Assembly (NCBI RefSeq): GCF_051201565.1
Contig: NZ_CP179200.1
Location: 120,001 to 152,000 of the forward strand
Reading direction: 5' to 3'
DNA: 32,000 nucleotides
Origin: Pseudothioglobus sp. nBUS_23
GTDB lineage: Bacteria > Pseudomonadota > Gammaproteobacteria > PS1 > Pseudothioglobaceae
Part shown: piece by piece, positions 8,551 to 18,019 of the stretch
Numbering within the stretch: the stretch's first letter is position 1
Layout of the letters: every line of letters starts with the position of its first letter
Position numbers and translations under genes: made by a program
The notes under the pieces: model-generated
Databases searched by the model: none
What the model was told of the DNA's origin: nothing
The model's input: the letters and a program-made list of their open reading frames with translations, nothing else

Positions 8551-9299
8551 CCCAGTTCTACCACATAATCATAACGATCGCCTCGATAGTAAGACTGAGT
8601 ATATTCAACTACTCGTCCATTAGCATCCTTGCCGCGCCTCTCAACAAACAAAACAGCACTGCCTGGGGTCACTTCAAGTTTATCTGCAAGATTATCATCG
8701 GCTATGATGGCATGAATATTTTGCTTTGCTGTTACAGGATTCATATTTTTAGATTCTAATAATTCATAAAGAGAATTATCCAATGCTGATGTGATTGAAA
8801 TAATAGAGGCAGGAATGACTGCTATTTCATAGAGTAGTGGTTCATTAACCAGGTAGCGAACTCGATTTAGTCTGTGAACCAAATCACCTTCATTTAAATT
8901 CAAAATTAAGGCTTCTTTTGGTGAGGCCTTTCCCTCTTCCCTAAGAACCACTCTTGAGTATGACTCAAGCCCTCTTTTTTTCATATCCGCCGTAAAACTG
9001 TTTAAAGATGAAAGGTTTTTATGAAGCACAAGATCAACATTTTCAGAGACAACAGTTCCTGCTCCTTGTCTTTTGACAAGCAGGCCAATTTCAACAAGCT
9101 GATCAATAGCTTTACGAACAGTAATTCTAGACATTTTTAAACTAGTGGCCAGGTCTCTCTCTGGAATAAGTGCATCTCCAGGACTCAGGAGACCCTCCTG
9201 GATGGCATTATTGAGTGATCGAGATAATTGTTTATATAAGGATTCAGAGCTATCACTCGATGGCTTTAAAAAATTAATCAAATTGTCATTAGTAGCCAT
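8547..9299 (-). CDS. GntR/HutC-subfamily transcriptional regulator (NagQ/NagR-like) with UTRA effector domain
   Basis: 250 aa. GntR winged HTH (PERDLATSLKMSRITVRKAIDQLVEIGLLVKRQGAGTVV) followed by a UTRA-like C-terminal domain. It is the first gene of the regulator-nagA-nagB operon. Confidence 0.88.
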   Translation of the reverse strand: MATNDNLINFLKPSSDSSESLYKQLSRSLNNAIQEGLLSPGDALIPERDLATSLKMSRITVRKAIDQLVEIGLLVKRQGAGTVVSENVDLVLHKNLSSLNSFTADMKKRGLESYSRVVLREEGKASPKEALILNLNEGDLVHRLNRVRYLVNEPLLYEIAVIPASIISITSALDNSLYELLESKNMNPVTAKQNIHAIIADDNLADKLEVTPGSAVLFVERRGKDANGRVVEYTQSYYRGDRYDYVVELG

Positions 9300-9347
9300 A
9301 ATCTCTTTAGTTTACTAAATTTAAAATAATATGATAAATTATTAAAA

Positions 9348-9368
9348 ATTGGTATTTAATTGGTATTA
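9348..9368. promoter_or_regulatory. Candidate NagQ-type operator 1: tandem AATTGGTATT repeats (TGGTATT-N4-TGGTATT)
   Basis: AATTGGTATT occurs at 9348-9357 and again at 9359-9368, a perfect 10-bp direct repeat with 11-bp period. It abuts the predicted -10 of the minus-strand promoter. Confidence 0.55.
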
Positions 9369-9398
9369 TTATAAACTGACTATTTACAAGCAGTCAAT
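9369..9398 (-). promoter_or_regulatory. Predicted sigma70-type promoter for the regulator-nagA-nagB operon
   Basis: The minus strand reads TTGACT (9398-9393), an 18-nt spacer, then TATAAT (9374-9369). This lies about 70 nt upstream of the regulator start codon. Confidence 0.5.
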
Positions 9399-9533
9399 CT
9401 TTATAACAAAATATAATTGAGAAAATATTAGATCAATATATTTAAAACAAGATTAAAAATTCAATATATAAGGCTTATCTACTTGGCTTTATTGTGATAG
9501 AAACTAAAAAACAATTTTTTTTGAGCATTTAAT

Positions 9534-9563
9534 TTGTTTTTTATTAAATTCCTGTTATATAAT
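9534..9563 (+). promoter_or_regulatory. Predicted sigma70-type promoter for the GH20/ABC/oxidoreductase operon
   Basis: TTGTTT (9534-9539), an 18-nt spacer, then TATAAT (9558-9563). This lies about 80 nt upstream of the ATG at 9646. Confidence 0.45.
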
Positions 9564-9578
9564 ACCATTATATTACCA
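9561..9578. promoter_or_regulatory. Candidate NagQ-type operator 2: inverted copy of the tandem repeat (AATACCA-N4-ATTACCA)
   Basis: AATACCA at 9561-9567 and ATTACCA at 9572-9578. The reverse complement reads TGGTAAT-ATAA-TGGTATT. The site overlaps the predicted -10 of the plus-strand promoter. Confidence 0.5.
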
Positions 9579-9645
9579 ATTTGAAATGAGCTATGTACTC
9601 ATAATTAGTGAGAAATAGCCTTTTTTAAGATAGCGAGAACTGAAG

Positions 9646-11637
9646 ATGAGTACAACAGATTTTGTAATTAAAACATCAATCAATTCCGAGAATTATTTTT
9701 GCTCTAAGCTGATTAATAATTCGAATGAATCAATTGAAGGCTTTATGTTTTGCTTTAGCGTGCTCGCACCTGTGAAGATCATAGATAACTGCGTTTTACA
9801 TTTTAGCTCTGGCGGATATGCTGAGTTAAAACCGAATGCTGGGTTTGTTTTAAAACCTGGCGATGAATGGAGCTTTAAGTTTGCTTATGAAGAAACAAGA
9901 CACAAGCCGATGAATTATAGATGGTCTCCTCAAGGATGTTTTTTAAAAACAGAAAATGAAGAAATATTAAACTTAAATGTTATAGATTTAGACTTAGAAA
10001 GAATCTCCTCCGTGGCACCAATCCCCCATATTTCGGGAGATAAATTAAATTATGAATCACTACGATTGGTGCCACACCCTTATTCATGGACTGCGAGTGC
10101 AGGAGTGTGCAACCTATGTCCACCTGTCAATGTTTTCTTTGACGATAACTCAATAATTCATAGTGCCTATGAATCTGCATGTCAGCTAGGAAAACGCATA
10201 AATCTTAATTTGTTTCCTGAAAAAATAAATAATGAAATCAGCAATGCCTCAACCTCAGTTAAGATTAAACACCTTGTGTCAATGGATGAGTCTTCCTATG
10301 AAATTATAATCACCAGTGATGTCATTGAGATTATTGCGGGAGATGAAACTGGGATTTATTATGGCCTGATCTCTCTAATGCAACTAGCTCAAACCTATCA
10401 TCAATTAGTGCCCTGCGGAGCAATAATTGATAAGCCTCGCTTTAGTTGGAGAGGACAACACTTAGATACAGTAAGACACTACTTTTCTGCCGACAGTATT
10501 TTAAAACTTCTAGATTTAATGAGCTTATTTAAACTCAATAAGTTTCATTGGCATGGAGCAGATGATGAGGCATTTCGATTTAAATTAGATGATGATTATG
10601 AAATCGCGACTTCAACCTCAACAAGAGGTGATGGTCAATTAGTACCTCCTGTGTTCGGATCTGGACCATTTCCATCTGGAGGCTGTTATGACTTAGTTCA
10701 GATTAAAAGAATTATTGATAGGGCTTCAGAAAACTACATTGAAGTAATGCCTGAGTTTGACCTGCCAGGACATAATATGTCACTCGTCAAACTTTATCCA
10801 AGTATGCGAGATCCAGAGGATAAAAGTTATGAAGTCTCAGTCCAGGGATATACTGAAAACACAGTAAACCCAGCTATGCCAGATACTTTTTTAATATTGG
10901 AAAAGGTAATTGATGATCTATGTAAAGTATTTCCAGGTGAATATATTCACTTAGGAGCTGACGAGATTGCGCCTGATGCATGGAGTAAATCTCCTGCCAT
11001 TGATTCTCTTAAGTCTAAGCATAATCTCAATACTAGCAAAGATGTAGCCTCATGGTTTATTAATAAACTTTCAAAGAGAGTAGAACTAAACAATAAAAAA
11101 ACTGCCGCTTGGCAAGAGGCTGAGGATGGAAAGCATCAGGATGTGAAGATAGATAAGTTATTATTTTCTTGGCAGAATTTAGAGTCTGGTATTAGCCTTG
11201 CACGGCAAGGATTTAAAGTTGTACTGTGTCCAGCTGAGTTTATTTATTTTGATATGGCTCAAAGTAGAAACTATGCGGATCGAGGAGCAAACTGGGCAGC
11301 AGTTATTCCATTTGAAAAAACTTTAGATTGGTCAATTATTCCAAAGGATGAGCCTGAGCTTGAAGCAAATGTTGAGGGTATTCAGGGCCATCTATGGTGT
11401 GAAACTATTCTTCAAGACTATGAAATGGAGTCTATGCTGTGTCCAAGAATTTTAGGTCTATCAGAAAGTGCTTGGTCGAGCCAAAGTAATAGAAGGAGTG
11501 GCGGCGAATTAAATGATTTAGTATTGAGTAGTTACAGAAACCTATTTAAAAAAATCGAATGGGACTTTTATAAGCCAGAGAATTTTGATATGATGTCCGA
11601 TCCAGCAATGAATAAGGAGGCATTGGTCAATGAGTAA
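9646..11637 (+). CDS. Beta-N-acetylhexosaminidase (GH20, chitobiase-type), cytoplasmic
   Basis: 663 aa. GH20 catalytic-domain motifs: RGQHLDTVRHYF, FHWHGADDEAFR, IHLGADE (Asp-Glu catalytic pair), LWCE. No signal peptide. Its stop overlaps the first permease start by 8 nt. Confidence 0.88.
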   Translation: MSTTDFVIKTSINSENYFCSKLINNSNESIEGFMFCFSVLAPVKIIDNCVLHFSSGGYAELKPNAGFVLKPGDEWSFKFAYEETRHKPMNYRWSPQGCFLKTENEEILNLNVIDLDLERISSVAPIPHISGDKLNYESLRLVPHPYSWTASAGVCNLCPPVNVFFDDNSIIHSAYESACQLGKRINLNLFPEKINNEISNASTSVKIKHLVSMDESSYEIIITSDVIEIIAGDETGIYYGLISLMQLAQTYHQLVPCGAIIDKPRFSWRGQHLDTVRHYFSADSILKLLDLMSLFKLNKFHWHGADDEAFRFKLDDDYEIATSTSTRGDGQLVPPVFGSGPFPSGGCYDLVQIKRIIDRASENYIEVMPEFDLPGHNMSLVKLYPSMRDPEDKSYEVSVQGYTENTVNPAMPDTFLILEKVIDDLCKVFPGEYIHLGADEIAPDAWSKSPAIDSLKSKHNLNTSKDVASWFINKLSKRVELNNKKTAAWQEAEDGKHQDVKIDKLLFSWQNLESGISLARQGFKVVLCPAEFIYFDMAQSRNYADRGANWAAVIPFEKTLDWSIIPKDEPELEANVEGIQGHLWCETILQDYEMESMLCPRILGLSESAWSSQSNRRSGGELNDLVLSSYRNLFKKIEWDFYKPENFDMMSDPAMNKEALVNE

Positions 11638-12571
11638 TTTGATACAAATGCTTAAACCTAAAACTAAATCTCAAACCACCACGCTTTTTGCATGGGCGCT
11701 TATTGCGCCTGCAGCTCTGGTCATGTTTTGGATAGTCGTTTGGCCTCTTTATGAAACTTTTAGACTCTCATTTACAAATTCTAATCTAGGTACACTCATG
11801 GGTGGGGCGGAATATATTGGATGGGAAAACTATGAAAAGGCAATAGGTGGTCGAAAGTTTCCATCAATTGTAACAAGAACTTTTTACTGGATGTTTTTAT
11901 CAGTTGGCTTGAAGATAGTTTTGGGGTTAATTGGAGCATCTTTACTTGCAAGTAACATAAGAGCTAGAGGTGTTTTTCGTGCTCTGGTTATGCCGCCATG
12001 GATAGTACCAATAGCAATAGGTTGTTTTGGGTGGTTGTGGCTATATAATGGCCATTTTGGACTCATCTCAAACTTTATAGAAATGGTCGGCATTACTGAT
12101 GGACCTTTCAGTTTCTTGGCATATAAACAAAGTGCTTTTTACTCTGCGGTTGTTACTGATGTATGGATTGGAACCCCAATGGTAACCCTGTTCTTTTTGG
12201 CTGCAATTCAAGGTGTCCCAAGAGATCTTTATGAAGCCGCATACGTTGATGGTGCTTCTCGTTGGTATCGCTTTAGAAGAATAACTTTGCCTCAAATTAT
12301 GCCAACAATAGTCTCAATGGCTCTTCTCTCTGCAATATGGACCTTTAATTCTTTTGAAATTATTTGGATATTAACTGAAGGTGGCCCACGTGGAGGAACT
12401 ACTACATTAATTATTGATACTTTTAAGACTGCAATCTTTAGTTACAAGTTTGGCGCAGGCGCAACAAGAGCGGTGTTAGTTGTTTTAATACTCGGAGTAT
12501 TCTCTCTAATTTATTTGACGGTACTTGATAAGCTTAACAAAAGGTATGGTTATTCTGGAGTTCAAAAATGA
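11630..12571 (+). CDS. Carbohydrate ABC transporter permease (MalF/UgpA-type, CUT1)
   Basis: 313 aa, multi-TM. EAA loop: LYEAAYVDGASRWYRFRRITLPQI. A strong AAGGAGG RBS sits at 11614-11620. Confidence 0.9.
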   Translation: MSNLIQMLKPKTKSQTTTLFAWALIAPAALVMFWIVVWPLYETFRLSFTNSNLGTLMGGAEYIGWENYEKAIGGRKFPSIVTRTFYWMFLSVGLKIVLGLIGASLLASNIRARGVFRALVMPPWIVPIAIGCFGWLWLYNGHFGLISNFIEMVGITDGPFSFLAYKQSAFYSAVVTDVWIGTPMVTLFFLAAIQGVPRDLYEAAYVDGASRWYRFRRITLPQIMPTIVSMALLSAIWTFNSFEIIWILTEGGPRGGTTTLIIDTFKTAIFSYKFGAGATRAVLVVLILGVFSLIYLTVLDKLNKRYGYSGVQK

Positions 12572-13452
12572 TGGATAAATATACATTCCTACAAAAAATA
12601 GGGATTTATTCTTCTCTTGCTTTGTTCATTCTATTTATGCTTCTGCCATTTGTAGAGATGTTTATTGCTTCATTGAGGCCTTTGACCCATTTGTTTAGTA
12701 GGCCTGATGTTCCTGTTGGTGAAACTATGACCTTTATGGATTTTATGAGTCGTTTCTATTCTGACAAAATGAGCTTTCAAGCATATAGAGATATGTGGGT
12801 TACTGTTCCTCAGTTACCACGGTACATTTTCAATAGTGTATTTTTATCAACTGCTGTGACATTTTTTTCTATGTGTTTTATTGTTCCTGCTGCATATGCC
12901 TATGCGAGATTTGACTTTCGTGGAAAAACGACAAGTCTTACTCTATTTCTTGCAGTGAATATGTTTTCAGGCGCTGTGCTTCTAATACCTCTATACAAAC
13001 TATTAAGGGTTTATGGTTTATTAAACACCTATTGGGCAATGATTATTCCAGGGGTAGCATTTCTTATACCAACTGGAATTTGGCTGCTCAAGTCATTTTT
13101 GGAAAAAATTCCTTATGAGCTGGAGGAAGCTGCTTTTGTAGATGGAGCATCTAGACTTTATACCTTGCGCCGTGTAATATTGCCTTTAGCGGTCCCAGGA
13201 TTAATTGTGGTCGGTGTTGCTATGTTTATTGGAGCATATGCACAACAATTCTTATTTGCGATTACATTTAATCAAGATAGAGACTATATGCCACTTCCAG
13301 CCGGCATATTTGAATTTATTGGATACCAAGACGTATTGTGGAACGAAATGATGGCCGCAAGTCTTGTAGGAATTCTGCCCGTGTTGTTAATTTTCCTGTT
13401 TATGCAGAAACATTTGATAGCAGGATTAACATCAGGCGCAGTAAAGGAGTGA
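12568..13452 (+). CDS. Carbohydrate ABC transporter permease (MalG/UgpE-type, CUT1)
   Basis: 294 aa, multi-TM. EAA loop: LEEAAFVDGASRLYTLRRVILPLA. Overlaps the preceding permease by 4 nt. Confidence 0.9.
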   Translation: MMDKYTFLQKIGIYSSLALFILFMLLPFVEMFIASLRPLTHLFSRPDVPVGETMTFMDFMSRFYSDKMSFQAYRDMWVTVPQLPRYIFNSVFLSTAVTFFSMCFIVPAAYAYARFDFRGKTTSLTLFLAVNMFSGAVLLIPLYKLLRVYGLLNTYWAMIIPGVAFLIPTGIWLLKSFLEKIPYELEEAAFVDGASRLYTLRRVILPLAVPGLIVVGVAMFIGAYAQQFLFAITFNQDRDYMPLPAGIFEFIGYQDVLWNEMMAASLVGILPVLLIFLFMQKHLIAGLTSGAVKE

Positions 13453-13530
13453 GAATTAAAATACTCACATTTAGTATTACTAGATCTATTTTATTCTAGT
13501 AATTTGTTGTAAAAATAAAAGGAGAAGTAA

Positions 13531-14736
13531 ATGAAAAATATAACTAAAGCACTTTTCTTGGCAGTAATTGGAGCGGGTTTAATTGCTCCAGTTCAGGCTG
13601 AGGAAGTTCACATGATTATGTGCGGTGGTGAAATTCGTGAAGCTGATCAAGCAGTAATTTCTGCTTTTGAATCCAAGCACTCGGGTGTTACAGTCAATGC
13701 AGAAGCAGTTCCATGGGGAACTTGTCAGGATAAATCTATGACATTAGCTGCTGCTGGTGATCCTGTAGGTCTTGCTTACATGGGCTCACGTACCCTAAAG
13801 CAATTGGCACGTAGTGGATTGATTATTCCAGTTGATATTTCCGACGAACAGCAAGGCATGTATCAGCCAGGTATTCTCAATACAGTTACTGATGGTGGAA
13901 AAACTTGGGGATTCCCACACGCTTTTTCTACAAAAGCTTTGTTCATCAACTGTGGTTTAGTTGAAGAGGCAGGTATGGCATGTGTAGCTCCAAAGACTTG
14001 GGCAGGTATGTATAACATGGCTAAAGCAATTAATGACAATACTTCAGCTGCAGGTGTTGGCTTAGCTGCTAAAGACTTTGACAATACAATGCACCAATTC
14101 TTGAACTATCTTTATAGTAATGGCGGTTCTGTAAGTAATGCAGATACTGGAGAAATTACTTTTAACAGTCCAGAAACTGTCGAAACACTTGAGTTTGTTG
14201 GCAAATTGGCTGGTGTTGCTCAGGAAGGACCATCTGGATATGAGCGTTCTCAATTGACTCAGTTATATAACGATGGTCAAATTGGAATGTATATCAATGG
14301 ACCATGGGGCGCTGGACAGCATAATGATAACATTGCTGAAATCGTAGTTCCAATTCCCGCTGGACCAAGTGGTGAAAGTGGAACATTATTAATCACTGAC
14401 TCAATTGCGGTTTTTAAAGGTTCTGCAAATGAAGATCTTGCAATGGAATTGGCTTCAATGCTTTCATCAGGTGAGGCTCAGTACGATCTTGACATGAGCT
14501 GGGGTTTAACTCCAATCATGCAGTATGAGAAAATGATGGATGATGTCTACTACACAACTGACTATTGGAAAGTTTTTGTTGATCCAATTGGTAGTGGTGG
14601 ACCAGAGCCAATGTTTGAGGACTTTAAAGCACTTCAGGCAGGTATCAACAGCGCCATCCAAGGCATAATCTTGGGCGAGGGATCTGCTGCTGATCTAGTG
14701 GCAGAGGCTGCTGAAACTCTAGCAGAGGGTCTGTAA
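13531..14736 (+). CDS. ABC transporter extracellular solute-binding protein (family 1, sugar/oligosaccharide)
   Basis: 401 aa. Signal peptide MKNITKALFLAVIGAGLIAPVQA/EE. SBP_bac_1-like organisation. RBS AAGGAGAAG lies upstream. Confidence 0.85.
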   Translation: MKNITKALFLAVIGAGLIAPVQAEEVHMIMCGGEIREADQAVISAFESKHSGVTVNAEAVPWGTCQDKSMTLAAAGDPVGLAYMGSRTLKQLARSGLIIPVDISDEQQGMYQPGILNTVTDGGKTWGFPHAFSTKALFINCGLVEEAGMACVAPKTWAGMYNMAKAINDNTSAAGVGLAAKDFDNTMHQFLNYLYSNGGSVSNADTGEITFNSPETVETLEFVGKLAGVAQEGPSGYERSQLTQLYNDGQIGMYINGPWGAGQHNDNIAEIVVPIPAGPSGESGTLLITDSIAVFKGSANEDLAMELASMLSSGEAQYDLDMSWGLTPIMQYEKMMDDVYYTTDYWKVFVDPIGSGGPEPMFEDFKALQAGINSAIQGIILGEGSAADLVAEAAETLAEGL

Positions 14737-14749
14737 GTCTAGAAACTAA

Positions 14750-14775
14750 TCAGGGGTAATGAAAATTGCCCCTGA
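14750..14775 (+). terminator. Possible intra-operon attenuating hairpin / weak intrinsic terminator after the SBP gene
   Basis: TCAGGGG (14750-14756), a 12-nt loop, then CCCCTGA (14769-14775), followed by ATTTAAT. This is only a weak U-tract. Confidence 0.35.
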
Positions 14776-14899
14776 ATTTAATGAGGTGAGCATTAAAAGT
14801 ACGTTTAATTTATTGAGCGTTCTTTTAGGGCAGGCTTTGTCAAAAGTATTTAATTATTTTAAAAATGCGTATGAAATACGCTTAAGTTAGGAAAGCAAT

Positions 14900-15979
14900 A
14901 TGGCGTCTGTAAAACTCGAAAATATTAGTAAGAGCTTTGGTGAAACTGAAGTTTTGTTTGATATTAATCTTGAGATTAATGATAAAGAGTTTGTTGTTTT
15001 TGTTGGACCATCAGGCTGTGGAAAAACAACTTTACTGAGAATTATTTCCGGCCTAGAAGAGGCAACCGTTGGCAGTGTACTTATAGACGGCAATGATGTT
15101 TCGAATGCACCTCCAGTCGAGAGAGGCATTTCTATGGTATTTCAATCTTATGCACTTTATCCCCATCTTTCAGTTTTTGAAAATATTGCTTTTCCTCTAA
15201 GAGTTGCAAAAGTTAATGAAAAAGAATTAGAGGAAAAGGTTTTTAAAGCTGCCGATATTTTGCAATTAAGAGATCGTTTAGATTTTAAACCTGGTCAACT
15301 TTCAGGTGGGCAGCGTCAAAGGGTGGCGATTGGTCGTTCTATTGTTAGGGACCCAAAAGTGTTCCTTTTTGACGAGCCGTTATCGAATTTAGATGCAGCT
15401 CTTCGAGGTGATATGAGGGTCGAACTCGCTAAACTTCATCAAAATTTAAATTCAACAATGATTTATGTCACGCATGATCAGATTGAAGCGATGACGATGG
15501 CAGATAAGATTGTAGTTTTGCATGATGGTGTGATTGAACAAGTTGGCTCCCCAATGGATTTATACCACAACCCTAAAACAAAATTTGTCGCTGGCTTTAT
15601 TGGCCACCCTAATATGAATTTTTTACAAGCAAGTGATACAAAAATTAACAAGGGTAAATTGACAGCAACTCTTGGCGATTCTACTGTGAATATACCTTTA
15701 GAGGCTGGAGACACCAAAGACGGTGATAGTATAGAAATTGGGATTCGACCTGAAGATACTGTAGTGTCTAATAAAGGAGGTGTTCCAATGAATGTTGATG
15801 TTGTAGAGCATGTTGGAGCAACTGTTATCTTATATGGTTCTGTCTTAGATAATAGTAATTTTTGTGCAGTGCTGCCTAGTGATTCAGTTATTAAGCCGGG
15901 TGATGAGATTCATCTTACGATAGATTCAAATAAATGCCATGCTTTCAATCTAGCAGGTCAAGCACTTAAAAGAATTTAG
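14900..15979 (+). CDS. Sugar ABC transporter ATP-binding protein (MalK/UgpC/MsmX-type)
   Basis: 359 aa. Walker A GPSGCGKTT, Q-loop, signature LSGGQRQR, Walker B VFLFDEPLSNLD, H-loop VTHD. C-terminal TOBE-like regulatory domain. Confidence 0.93.
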   Translation: MASVKLENISKSFGETEVLFDINLEINDKEFVVFVGPSGCGKTTLLRIISGLEEATVGSVLIDGNDVSNAPPVERGISMVFQSYALYPHLSVFENIAFPLRVAKVNEKELEEKVFKAADILQLRDRLDFKPGQLSGGQRQRVAIGRSIVRDPKVFLFDEPLSNLDAALRGDMRVELAKLHQNLNSTMIYVTHDQIEAMTMADKIVVLHDGVIEQVGSPMDLYHNPKTKFVAGFIGHPNMNFLQASDTKINKGKLTATLGDSTVNIPLEAGDTKDGDSIEIGIRPEDTVVSNKGGVPMNVDVVEHVGATVILYGSVLDNSNFCAVLPSDSVIKPGDEIHLTIDSNKCHAFNLAGQALKRI

Positions 15980-15994
15980 AATAGGAGATTAATC

Positions 15995-17149
15995 ATGAGG
16001 ACAGGTATCGTTGGACTTGGCTTAAGGGCTGGAAATGTTCTTAAAATGATTATGGAAGATATGCCAGAAATGGAACTAGTTGGTTATGTAGATCCTGATC
16101 CATGTGGCTTATCAATTATTGAAGAGCATTCCAATTCCTTAACCCAATACCAGTCTCTTGATCAAATGATTAAAGGGCCTAATCTTGATCTTCTGTGGGT
16201 AGCTTCTCCAAATCACCTTCATTTAGAACATATTCGTTTAGGGCTTGAAGCAGGCCTGAAGGTCTTTTCAGAAAAGCCAATAGTAACAACTAAAGAAGAC
16301 AGTTTTGCTCTTGCTAAATTAATTAAAAAATTTGGCGAAAATCAATTAATTGTTGGGCTTGTTTTAAGATACTCAGTTCATATGCGTGAAATGAGAAGAG
16401 TTATAGATAATGGCATGCTAGGCAAGATAACTTCACTTGAAGCTAATGAGCACATAGCGCCTTATCATGGCTCATTTTTTATGAGAGATTGGCGACGGCT
16501 TGAAAAATATTCAGGTGGCTTTATGCTTGAAAAGTGCTGTCATGACATCGACTTATACAATGGAATTGTTGGAGATAGGCCAAAGAGAGTTGTTAGTTTT
16601 GGAGGAAGAGATAATTTTATACCTTCAGAAGAGCCTGAGGGAAGTGAGCATGATGATGTCTATCAAAAAAAGCTGTCCTATTGGGAAAACGTTGACAATC
16701 CTTTCACGAGCGATGCTGACATAATAGATCACCAAAATGCATTAATTGAATACCCAAATAATGTAACGTTTACTTTCCATACAAGTATCAATGTTCCTGA
16801 TGAGCAGAGGCGTTTCTGCGTTATTGGGTCTAGAGGCATGGCTGAAGGAGATTTTGGTAGAGGCGGTCTTAAAGTTACAGATGCTCGTACTGGTGAGTGT
16901 CTTGAGGACCATGATTTTAGTGTTCCAGTTTCCTCTGAGACTGGCAACTATCCAGCTCACTATGGTGCAGACAAGTTAATGAGTGAAGACATTGTTAGTT
17001 TTTTAAGAGGAGAATCAACCTCTTTGCCAGTAGGCCCAAAAGAAGCAATAGCAGCAGGTCTTGTCGCTATGGCAATTGATGAGAGTATGAAGACTGGTCA
17101 GATTGTCGACATGACTAAAACCTGGGTAGAGCTCGATTCATTATATTAA
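15995..17149 (+). CDS. Gfo/Idh/MocA family NAD(P)-dependent oxidoreductase
   Basis: 384 aa. N-terminal Rossmann GIVGLGLRAGN, conserved EKP motif (VFSEKPIV), C-terminal alpha/beta dimerisation domain. RBS TAGGAGA lies upstream. Confidence 0.85.
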   Translation: MRTGIVGLGLRAGNVLKMIMEDMPEMELVGYVDPDPCGLSIIEEHSNSLTQYQSLDQMIKGPNLDLLWVASPNHLHLEHIRLGLEAGLKVFSEKPIVTTKEDSFALAKLIKKFGENQLIVGLVLRYSVHMREMRRVIDNGMLGKITSLEANEHIAPYHGSFFMRDWRRLEKYSGGFMLEKCCHDIDLYNGIVGDRPKRVVSFGGRDNFIPSEEPEGSEHDDVYQKKLSYWENVDNPFTSDADIIDHQNALIEYPNNVTFTFHTSINVPDEQRRFCVIGSRGMAEGDFGRGGLKVTDARTGECLEDHDFSVPVSSETGNYPAHYGADKLMSEDIVSFLRGESTSLPVGPKEAIAAGLVAMAIDESMKTGQIVDMTKTWVELDSLY

Positions 17150-17159
17150 GGAGTAGGTT

Positions 17160-18005
17160 TTGATTAAAGGTATAAGTTATCTCTCTTTTGAGAATGGTCT
17201 TTCAAACAATGAATCTATAGAGTCGGCTTTATCTCAAACTAAAAAAAATGGTTTTGATGCACTTGAACTTTCTGTCTCAAGTGAAGGGGTTATCAATACA
17301 AACACCTCAAAAGCTGAATGCGAAATAATTCGAAAAAAAATTGATGACTCTGGAATTTTTGTTGATAGCATTGCTACTGGAATGAGTTGGGGAGTGAGTC
17401 CAACAAGTAATGACAGGTCGATAAGAGAAAAATCAATTAAACTTCATCAGGATGCATTAAAAGTTGCAAGCTTCCTTGACTGCAAAGCTCTGCTTTTCGT
17501 TCCAGGAGTTGTCAAAAGTCCAATTTCAACGGATATAGTTCGATATGACAAAGCCCTGGATCGACTTAGAGAGGCTATTAATCAAATGTTGCCAATAGCA
17601 GAGGATTTAAATGTTGATTTGTGTATGGAAAATGTATGGAATGGTTTTTTCTACTCACCCATTGAGCTCAGAGATTTTGTAGATTCATTTGATTCGGACA
17701 GGTTAGGTGTCTATCTAGATATAGGAAATTTAATTGGCTATCAGCAATATCCACCGCACTGGGTAGAGCTTCTCAACTCAAGAATTAAAAGAGTTCAGAT
17801 TAAAGATTTTCAGGAGAATTTTGACTGGATAGGTAGCTTCAGTTTTTGTGATATTGGTGCGGGCGATGTTCCGTGGAAAGAGACAATAGCGGCTTTAAAT
17901 GCTATCCAGTACAAGAGCACTATTATTGCTGAAATGCTTCCATGGGACGAGACTATTCTCTCTCGTACCTCAGCAGCAATGGATCAATTATTTAATTTCA
18001 AATAG
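17160..18005 (+). CDS. Xylose-isomerase-like TIM-barrel protein (sugar phosphate isomerase/epimerase family)
   Basis: 281 aa with a TTG start preceded by AAGGAG. Family-like features: ...DLCMENVWNGFF..., LGVYLDIGN and a terminal ...IAEM segment, typical of AP_endonuc_2/IolE-like barrels. Confidence 0.75.
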   Translation: MIKGISYLSFENGLSNNESIESALSQTKKNGFDALELSVSSEGVINTNTSKAECEIIRKKIDDSGIFVDSIATGMSWGVSPTSNDRSIREKSIKLHQDALKVASFLDCKALLFVPGVVKSPISTDIVRYDKALDRLREAINQMLPIAEDLNVDLCMENVWNGFFYSPIELRDFVDSFDSDRLGVYLDIGNLIGYQQYPPHWVELLNSRIKRVQIKDFQENFDWIGSFSFCDIGAGDVPWKETIAALNAIQYKSTIIAEMLPWDETILSRTSAAMDQLFNFK

Positions 18006-18019
18006 ACTTTTTTAACGAT

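Noticed and set aside
13476-13503. A 9-bp inverted repeat, ATTACTAGA-N10-TCTAGTAAT, lies between the second permease gene and the SBP gene. It could be an operator or an RNA stem.
   Set aside because: The stem is entirely A/T-rich apart from two G/C pairs, is not followed by a U-tract, and bears no similarity to the TGGTATT operator. Too weak to call.
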